In this document: positions 54,441 through 64,000 of the stretch, piece after piece
Numbering within the stretch: the first letter of the stretch is position 1
Layout: each line of letters starts with the position of its first letter
NCBI GenBank assembly: GCA_951406725.2
Contig: OX597821.1
Span: 80,662,001-80,726,000 of the forward strand
Length of the DNA: 64,000 nucleotides
Origin: Octopus vulgaris
Taxonomy: Eukaryota
Direction of reading: 5' to 3'
Program-made: the position numbers and the translations under genes
Notes under the pieces: generated by a model
Told to the model about the DNA's origin: nothing
Seen by the model: only the letters and a program-made list of their open reading frames with translations
The model's database searches: none

Positions 54441-55049
54441 ATATATCACCCTCTTTATCTCAGTCTTTCTGCCTCTCTCTATCCCTCTCTTTGTATGTGT
54501 TGTGTGAGCATATTTTCCTATTCGTATGAGAAAAGGGAAAGTGTTTATGTTAATCGTGTTCAATTAATAAATTATGAAGCATATTTCCTTGCGAGCGTTC
54601 GCACGTGAGCGCGTGCATGTGTGTGCGCGCGCGCGCGTACTGTTTCGTAATTGGTGGGATTAATCAAAAGTACTCCATCCAATGAAAGATAAATATCATT
54701 TGATATACACCTCAATGAAATGCGAGCCACTAGAGGCCTCATGCCCCTAACAAAGCAATAGTCGGATGAGCTTGTATAGTGTTCTATATACTCACGGGCA
54801 ATCATTTAGCCTCAAACTACACCAAGGCTGCTCTCTGACAAAAAGTGAGAAAGGAGGAGAGGAAACAAGTAAATGAAAAAGGGAAATGACGAAAATAAAC
54901 TTGGAAGCCAGAGCGTATAACAGTTGTGTCCCTTTTGCCTTTTAGAATGGGATAATGGTCGGTGTGATTAATTTGATGGAGAAAGGCTAAAATGTGTGAG
55001 AGTGTATGCTCAATCCAGGGAGGGTGGTGTCCTCCCGTTCGATATTAAA

Positions 55050-56000
55050 AACTTATCCACAAGCTTGCATTTAGTGAAATTTAAAGTAGAGATTTTAAAA
55101 AGATACAAGCTCTTTCAGCAATACAAACCGTTAGCCCGTTGACATATGATGTGGGTTGCTCTACGATGCTGTCCTTGGTCATGTGCGGACATTTTTGGCC
55201 TTCAGGTCCCAGTGTTTTTCTTCGTGCTCATATGTCAGAAAGAAAACTGGTGGTTAGTATATATTTTTTTAAACCAGTTTCACATAAAATTATATACATT
55301 TGAGCTTCGTTAACTTATTGAAGAGGTGACCTCAGTTTCCTATTCCACTGATCGAACCATGCATTCCTGGTTGAGTGGGCAAATGTCTAGGTTTCTACAG
55401 TTTCATTTTGGAGTATAGGCCTAATGTGACTTACCTGTAATAATATTTTCCATGTTGGGGCAGCAGCTATAATAGTCTTTCTCTGAACAGCTATTAAAAT
55501 TTTTCCTATACCAATGGCTATCCGAAAAATGCTTATCTATCAAGGCAAGGAATTTTCTGTCTATATTTACCTTAACATTTAAGAAGAACTCGAAGGGATC
55601 GAACCATATAATCTCTCTATGCCTATTTTTATGTTTCGTACATTTATGGTAGGTGGGGTAAGAAATCTTCACTTTGAAGCCTTTATTAGTCAGGGTGTTA
55701 TTATAGTAGAGGGCTGCCTTATCGTATATTTCCTTAAAGAAGGAGAGATTAGATACCCTATTACTGATATAAACTATGCTATAGGAGTTGATATAACTGT
55801 TTATGGATATACGTAAACAGCCTTAGGAACGTTATATAGTTCGCTACTACCTTTCTCCTTAAATGTTGAAACAAGCATCCATTGAAAATCCCTTGCTTTG
55901 ATATATGAGCATTTCTCGGATAGCCATAGGTATAAAAACGTTTTTAATTGACATTCATTGAAAGCTTTTGTTTACAGTTGCTGTCCTGACATGAAAGGTA
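55050..56000 (-). pseudogene. Penelope-like element remnant (RT thumb/linker and GIY-YIG), heavily decayed
   Basis: KNRHREIIWFDP...NVKVNIDRKFLALIDKHF...YSCCPNMENII, followed by CRNLDICPLNQEC...YI.LCET..K..Y.NH; typical PLE linker/EN signature. Confidence 0.85.
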
Positions 56001-56748
56001 CTATTAGACTTAAGTAAACACCAGGTGCCTAATCCAAAATGTAACTGTGAGACCCAGACACTTGCCCATTCTACCAGGCATGCATGGTTAGCTCAGTGGT
56101 TTATGAAGCTGAGATCATATCAGTTCTTCAAAATAGCTAAATTCTAAAGAAAAAAGTATATTGTTGTATGTGAATGTAATCATTTATAGCCTAGGTAATT
56201 TGCATAATTTAAACAAGAACGAGCCGAGAGAAATAAGTCAGTGGCCAGGAATATGTATTTGACTATCGTAGACAAATACAGCTATGTCAGGCTATACGAC
56301 TCGTTAATATCAACTCGCTTAATAATATGCTTCAAACACTATATCACAAACGTTTTATTTTCTATTTGCCTTTTCGAGTAAGATTTAGTGTTGTTTTCTC
56401 ATTTTAAATAGCAAATCACACGCCACTCTGTCTGGAAATCTCTAGAAAAACCCACCATTCATCCTTTGAGATCTCAGCTGTATATCAACCCACAACTTCC
56501 GAACTGAATATGCTACCCTCTCCACAAAACATTTATCATATTTACATTGGATGGACATTTACATTGGACGTCTTCTTTGTTGTTACCATATAATCTTTCT
56601 AAATGTTTCATGGGGTAAGCTGGTGGAATTTCGAACCCAACTCCTTATTTGACTATTGAGATATTCTGTTCTCATTCTTAACGTATTTTTTGCTGATGCT
56701 ATTATTTATTCAAGTTACTGACTGGGACTGAACTCAGAATCTTGGACA

Positions 56749-57664
56749 GGATCGCCTATATTCAGTCCACTGCCGGACGAAGGCCTCCGCATGTTCTCGC
56801 CATCAACCACGAACCGATGTGGAGGCCGCGCTCTAAACCACTACGCTATATGCCGGTGAGCAACTATAGAGTGAATTTTTGGGCTTATAAACCTATTATT
56901 TTTGTATCTTTCCTTAATACCGGTTCCCATATTCTACTCATATCTGCACTGGGTCTGCTTAGGAGGTTATTGTGTCCTAGTATATAAAGGGTTGGGTTCG
57001 AAATTCTACCACAACACCTGATGAAGGCTGGAGAGTACATCAGCTGGAACACTGTGATAACAAACAAGATGAGGACACCTATCCGTCCAATGTAGACATT
57101 GTACATAACTCCTCACCTCTAAAACGTAGAACAGTAAAACATTTACCGTCTGCAGCTCCTGCATTTTCCTTATAGACAAACTCACCTCACTAGTTTTATC
57201 CTGTAATAGCTTCTGTTGTCCTGTAATTACATTCGCTTTTGTTGATGTTGTTCTTGCTGGTCCTAGAAGTATATTTATTAAATTTCCGGTGTTTTTCATA
57301 CATATTTATTTAAACATGACAGTGTTTTTATTAAATAATACCTGCTGCATGATGCTGGTTGGCATCTGTTTATTTCTATCAGATTCAAGATATTAATTGT
57401 TATTCTTGAGTTATATTTGATTGTAAATTTTTAACTGAATGTTGGGTTAAACCAGATTATGTTACATAATCGAATTAACTACTCCGGGGCATGAGTATAA
57501 AGAAATGCACCCCTCTGCAAACCCATGCGAGCCAGTTTGGCAGAGTAGGCTCATCAAACCAGTTTGATCCCAAACTCAAATTCACGGCCTCCACATCGGT
57601 TCATGGTTGATGGCGAGAACATGCAGAGGCCTTCGTCCGGCAGTGGACTGAATATAAGCTATCC
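56749..57664. mobile_element. Element bounded by ~80-bp inverted repeats (56749-56830 / 57583-57664)
   Basis: TATATTCAGTCCACTGCCGGACGAAGGCCTC...GATGTGGAGGCCG is mirrored by CGGCCTCCACATC...GAGGCCTTCGTCCGGCAGTGGACTGAATATA. Confidence 0.8.
57015..57056 (+). ncRNA. Degenerate hammerhead motif (Penelope pLTR-like)
   Basis: CAC-CUGAUGA-A-GGCUG(GAGAGUACAU)CAGCU-GGAA-CACU-GUG; GAAA is mutated, so probably inactive. Confidence 0.45.
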
Positions 57665-58196
57665 AATCTAATGTTACATTTTATACGCTTGTTATGTTGA
57701 TGCTTTCGCTTAGGAAAGATTTGTTTTTATTCCCGCTTTTTTCCAATTTATTATTGTCATAAGCAGCTGATTTGTAGAAAGGATCCCACTTTGCGGGGGA
57801 CATATTAAATATCCTTCAATTAATATTGCGAACTACACCAATAATTATATCCTCAGGTAATTCGAATAAACATCTATGTACATAAACTTGGCTTACTATC
57901 TCTCTCTCTCTCTCTCCCTCTCTCTCTCTCTCTCACTCACTTACTCTCGTACATACGTACATAAATACAGACAGACAGACAGATATTAACAGGCTGTGAT
58001 TTAGATTTTATTTTCGAAGCATTCAGCATAATTAACATTTTTTTGTATTGCAAAGAACTTGCAAATGTGTGTGTGTATATGTGTGTTTGTGTGTGTACAA
58101 AAGGTATAAGTCTGTAAAAGTATGTGTGAGTGTGTGTGTGTGTGCACAGGAATAAGATACTAAGAGTGAGTGAGAAGGAAGGGAAAGAGAGGGCGA

Positions 58197-58241
<45 letters not shown>

Positions 58242-58743
58242 CAAGAGTAGAGCCTTGCGTGTTTTGAACTTGCAACCTACAGAAGCGAAACTAAATACTG
58301 GAATACGATCTACTGTCGAGCGATTTACTGCCACACAGACAATCCCTACGAATTTAGAGATAATATGTGTGTGTGTGTGTATGGTGTGGTGTGTATTAAT
58401 GTTTACACATCAAAATGTATATTATTTATATGTGCGTGTGTATGTGCGTGTACACAAACACGCGCGCATAAAAATATACATACATATATATGTGTATATA
58501 TGCTTGTATGTATATATTTTCACATACATATATATATATATATATGTATATATCTGTGTATGTGTGTGTATATGCATAAAATAAAAGTAGGTGAGGATGA
58601 AAGAGCAGCGTTAAAGTTAAGACACAACATGGAAATGTAAATCCGTTTTGAGCAAGAAAAATGGAGACGGGATGGAGAGTATAATATGACATGAGTGGAG
58701 TGAAGAGAAGGCGAGAAGGCGATGCAGAATGAGGAGAGAGAGT

Positions 58744-58775
<32 letters not shown>

Positions 58776-60066
58776 GAAATAGTGGTGAAAGAGAGAGAGA
58801 GAGAGAGAGAGAATACGCCCAAGACAACGATATGTGATGTGAACAACATCAAAAGCAGGAAAAGTACGTCTGAAATACAAGATGAATAAGAGAGGGTGAG
58901 AAAGGGGAAATAATCACACACACATACACATACACACACACAAACATACACACGCACACGCACACAAACATAAACAATATAAACACATTAAATTAAAAGG
59001 GAAACATTGTATGTTGTATATTATACATTTGAAGAAACTTTTGTTTATTTGTTGCCACAGAATGTTTTATTGTTGACATTCTTTAAGGTGACCATTTGTA
59101 TTCGAAAGGACCGCTCCCTTCATTGCTAAATAATACCTGTTCGACGACTGGCCAAAGAAGCAAGCAGACGATAATCTGACATTTGCGTCTTCCTATGAGA
59201 AACTCTCAGCCGTTGTTATTGTGCAAATGAAGGGCGGTGAAATTCGACGCGGTAATGTTAGATTTGGTCTGATATTTTAGTTTGATAACTCTCACTATGA
59301 CTTCAAATTTTACTAAATTCAAGTTTACTTTCATTGCACAGGGGTTCATCAATTATCGAATGTAATGAGCTGTTAAAATAGTAGCCAAATGGCCCTCGAA
59401 TGTAAGAACACTGCCGTTTTTGAATATGTTGAATATCTTATTCCTGGAAGAACTATATCGGAATGAAAGATAAGGTAGTCACGACTAGATCGGTCTTGGT
59501 CATAGGTTTGTAGTGTTATAGCTGACTTTTGGCTGAATGAGAACAACGGTCTATATTTTGTCTCACCTATACTGCCCACTGTCCATGACAGACAAAACAC
59601 TTGATTATCAAAGACAGAGTCGATAAAGTTCAAAATATATACCCGTGAATGGACAGTGGTGTGAAGAAGCGTCATGAAATTAACAGGTGATTCGTTAACT
59701 TGTAGTACTGAGTTTAAAATGCTGTTGCAGGAAATGGGAAAATTACCTGCGCCCGACTAGCTTTCTATTCAAGTGCGGTTTTGCTTCTCATGTGGTTTTG
59801 TTTCTCATCTACTTTATACTACAGCTACTGGATACTGGAACTAAATATTGTGTTTCCTAATGAGAGCCATAGATGACCTGGTCGATTGAGTAGCAAACAA
59901 CCAACCGACTTATTCGTATCTTGTTACCGCTGCATTGTTACGTTCACTACGTCTACTTAGCTTCTGATGGCTCAGTCGAAAATATTGTGCGCCGATATTG
60001 CTAGAACTCTCTTTTTCTCTTTCTTATCCTTTCTCATCTTCTTTCTCTCTCCTTCCCACCACTCTC

Positions 60067-60128
<62 letters not shown>

Positions 60129-60307
60129 TCCCTCTATCTGTTCGTCCCATCGAACTCCTTAACAAACGACATTGTCTTTTTTTCAGAAAAGGAACGAAAT
60201 AGCGAGGATGTTGGCTAACTCTAGAATGCATTATTTGAGGCTGATGAGAGGAAGCTGTCGAGATTAGTTGCTTTGTTGGGTTGAATCAATCAATATGTTA
60301 TGGTATT

Positions 60308-60730
60308 AAGGCAGCAAGCTGGCAGACACGTTAACACGCCGGGTGAAATGCTTAGCGGTATTTCGTCTGTCGTTACGTTCTGAGTTCAAATTCCGCCGAG
60401 GTCGACTTTGCCTTTCATCCTTTCGGGGTCGATAAATTAAGTACCAGTTACGCACTGGGGTCGATATAATCGACTTAATCTGTTTGTCTGTCCTTGTTTG
60501 TCCCCTCTGTGCGTAGCCCCTTGTGGGCAGTAAAGAAATCAGAAACGTTAGCATAACGGGCGAAATGCTTAGCGGTATTTCGTCTGTCTTTATGTTCTGA
60601 GTTCAAATTCCATCGAGGTTGACTTTGCCTTTCGTCATTTCGCGGTCGATAAATTAAGTATCAGATGCGTACTGGGGTAGGCTGGCTCCCTCCCCAAAAA
60701 TTTCGGGCCTTGTGCCTAGAGTAGAAAAGA
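60308..60730 (+). mobile_element. Dimeric family A SINE
   Basis: Full monomer 60308-60540, then a second monomer with a different tail; imperfect TSD AATATGTTATGGTAT / AATATGTGATGATAT. Confidence 0.85.
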
Positions 60731-62747
60731 ATATGTGATGATATGACTGGCAGTGGTTACAGACGGTCAGTTAGAAAGAATTGTATTGTGTGCATGTAGC
60801 CTGAGATTGGAAGCAAAACAAAATTGTAAGTGTGGGCGCTTAATTTTCTGCAGGGCTGTAACATACAAAACCTTCTTGATTTAGCAGTGTTGGTTAGGAT
60901 GATTATGCAAAGTGGTTAAGATAGGAAAATATTCCAGATTATGTGATGCATCAATGCATGCTTCGCTTTTCTCAAAGTTGCCTCGCAGGCATTGCGATGG
61001 TCGGCGAAAATCTTTTAATGGTAATGGGGGGGGGTTCTACGATATGTATGTACTACGGATATGTATGAACCTGCTAAGGGTTTTGTGTAATGGGATTTGG
61101 TTTAGTGAGAGATGTCCTATAAGATATCTTTGGAGATGATTTGGAGCACTAGATTAGCTGTTGCAGATAGGTTAAAAGTGAAGCACATTTACTGCTAAGA
61201 GGTTGTAAAGATACTTCTAGCTGAATGTGTATGTTTGCGTGTAAATGTTAAAATTAAGGTCATTGTTTTAAAACAAGTTTAAGGAAAACGACGGAACATC
61301 TACTGACAGGATGTCTCAATATAAAAAGCAGAGTCAAATTTATTATAAATTGCAAATTGAAAATCATACATATATTTTTGCTATTATCTTAAATTGTCGT
61401 GTGTCCAAATTTGACCAAATGCGTTTTTTTTTTCAATATTTAATCTTGCTTACAATAGCCGGTCCTTTTGGTCAAACTATCATATCTTCAGCTGCTCCAG
61501 ATGCCAAGATATGAACATTGTCAAAGTGTAGCACAACGGTTTAGCATTTTTTTAAAAGTGCAGTCAGTCCCACATACGACAGCTTTGTAAAAATATTTCT
61601 GACTGAAAATATCATACATGCATGGAGTTGCGATTTCTTGTACCCAACAATATATTATTGTTAAGGTGAAACTGTTGCTAATGTAAAAAGAAATGGAATG
61701 GTGAAATAATTTTCTCATTTTCTGAAAAAGCAACGTTTTGGACTTACGACACTTTTGCATAATAGTAACGAATGTATGCATGAAATTTGGATAAGTATAT
61801 ACGTAACTTGTGTGTACAGTTAGATGTACTACTACTACTACCACTATTACTACTACTACTAGTGTATGAGTTAAGGCTCCACATAGATGATCATTATCCA
61901 ATCGGCTTCCACTACAGTGATTAGTTTACCATTGTACTTAGTAGTACACTATACAGAGCGTGTTGTGGAAATTAAGATAAACACTATATGAATATTTAAA
62001 TGCTACTCATACTGGTGTCTATTTTGATTTCCACTAAGGATATACATACATACAAAATGATAGCAACGACCACAGACACGTGAATGTCGAGCACCGTTTA
62101 GAAATGTGTTGGAATGTTTCTTTCTACAAAATCGACATCGATTCTTAAGTGGCTTCTTTTAATTGTCATCATTAAGAGAAACATCTTTTCTTCAATAATG
62201 CGGCGTTATTCAGACGGAATCATAAAAATACTTTCCATCGAAGAGGATTTTTAAATTTACGAACATTATTATCATTGATAAAGCCGGTACTGATCCTGAA
62301 AGTACTACTATCCCTAATGGCGCAGCCAAATCATTTCCTTTCAATTAATCTTTATATTTCAATCAAAATTTTCAAAACGGTAGGATTTACTGACAATCTG
62401 TAAGCGGAACAACAAAAATGTGCAAGACTTTTCCAAAACTTTCAACATATAACTCTTCAAATGTTGCTGTTGTTTAATTCTAACGATAGAGTTATATTTA
62501 TTTTGTTTTGCTTTTGCTTTTCTTGGGGGAGGGGTACTTTTTGTTGTTTTTTGTGGGGAGTACTAGAAATCAGTTCCTTCTTCATGTCAAATAATTGAAA
62601 CATAAGATCGCTTAAGTTCAAACATTTTAGCAGACAGATCTTACTTGCACCGGTTAATTCTGTGAGAACGAACAGCAACCTGTTGTCAAAGGTCTCACAG
62701 GGTCTCTCGGGATCTCTTTCCACGAATTATAAGATTTGGTATTATTA

Positions 62748-62787
<40 letters not shown>

Positions 62788-62799
62788 CATTATTTGATG

Positions 62800-63425
62800 A
62801 AAACTCTCAGCTTATTTTGCTGGGTATGATGGAAAGTGACAGCTGCCCACATCCAGCAGACCAAGATGACACTTGTTTACTGGTCATGCTTCAAGAACCT
62901 TGTGAAGAATTCTTGCAGTTCTCAAATAATGCTGATATTTGTAGGTTTTCTACCTATACATTTGTGCCAATCTTTTTGAGCCATGTTGGTAGTTGAGTGC
63001 TGATACTTCCAAGCGTACCAATTACTATTGGTATCACATCTACTGTCCTCGTTGACCACAACTTTCGTATTTTCCATTTCAACTCGTCGTAATTGTTCAG
63101 CTTTTCTTCTTTCTCTTTGGTCCTGTTGTAACCGGGACATGCTATGTCGATTCGCCTTGAGGTTTGGTGAAAACAAGTCTCCTCAAATCTCAAGAGCCTC
63201 TCTTAGGATTCTTGCAGAATATAGGTCGATAATATGGATCTCATTTCCAATATTCTTCAATACTGGTGTAGTTAGTAGAACTGGCTCCAACTACACCAAT
63301 TACCACAGGACTAATTGCTATCTTAGTTTTCCACAATCTCTTCTTCTCTCTTTGGTTAGGTCCTGCTATTTTTCAGATTTCACAATTTTTTTTATTATCC
63401 GCTCTATTACCATATTATGTTGCTC
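62800..63425 (-). pseudogene. R4/Dong-type non-LTR retrotransposon 3' remnants (restriction-like endonuclease), two tandem fragments
   Basis: IDIACPGYNRTKEKEEKLNNYDELKWKIRKLWS...VIPIVIGTLG...WLKKIG matches the C-terminal RLE domain of R4-clade elements; 3' end runs into (TAA)n at 62741-62795. Confidence 0.8.
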
Positions 63426-63593
63426 TACATAGGCCTATGGTCGAATACTATTGCTATTGTTTAATCCAGTGACGGGGCATTGTGTATTTTTTTTTAACTA
63501 GAGGCCAACTCCTTTCTCCATAGAAAGAATTCAAATAATTAAAAACATAAGACAACGTATGTGCATACATTTTTGACATCTAGAAAATTGTTA

Positions 63594-63640
<47 letters not shown>

Positions 63641-63861
63641 GAAAAAAATCCAGCCAAAGTGTAGGGAAAATGTAACTTTCATGTGTAACATCTGGTAAAG
63701 ACCATAAAAATAATATGTGTGCTTCATAAGGGGAGATGTTTAGAGGAGCACTAATTATATACGCCTTTCTGAACATTGGAAGTATTAAACAGACAAACAA
63801 CGATTAAAACTGCACAACTCTCAGTTGAGCGGAACGATTATTTCAGTGCAGTCGGTGGCAG

Positions 63862-63933
<72 letters not shown>

Positions 63934-64000
63934 CTATATATCTATATCTATATATAAATATATATATGTCTGTATGTATATGTATGTATGGACACATATG

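Noticed and set aside
57939-58330. Possible minus-strand non-coding first exon (GTAAGT donor, GA/CT-rich context); similar promoter-like zones at ~19000-19400 and ~42100-42750
   Set aside because: Only generic motifs; cannot be supported without transcript data.

Overview
Repeat-dense, AT-rich animal genomic DNA with very heavy microsatellite load ((TA)n, (CA)n, (TAGA)n, (TACA)n, (TAA)n, (CAA)n) and several tRNA-derived SINE families. The style suggests a coleoid cephalopod (Octopus-like); this is inference from composition and repeats only. No intact host protein-coding gene could be supported. Recognisable coding content is decayed transposons: two near-full-length mariner elements, a Helitron (Rep + PIF1 helicase) plus a non-autonomous relative, Penelope-like elements (RT, GIY-YIG), an RTE LINE fragment, a hAT/Buster remnant and an R4/Dong-type endonuclease remnant. 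The most striking signal is a near-identical 507-bp tandem array at 46261-49051, inverted about an internal junction and embedded in (TA)n. Each full unit carries a type-I hammerhead ribozyme (5 copies) plus several hairpins, i.e. a retrozyme/viroid-like circular-RNA-type element. Other, unrelated hammerhead-bearing fold-back elements (8389-8889, 50173-50361) and minimal Penelope-type hammerheads occur across the window. All RNA structures were read by eye, not computed.
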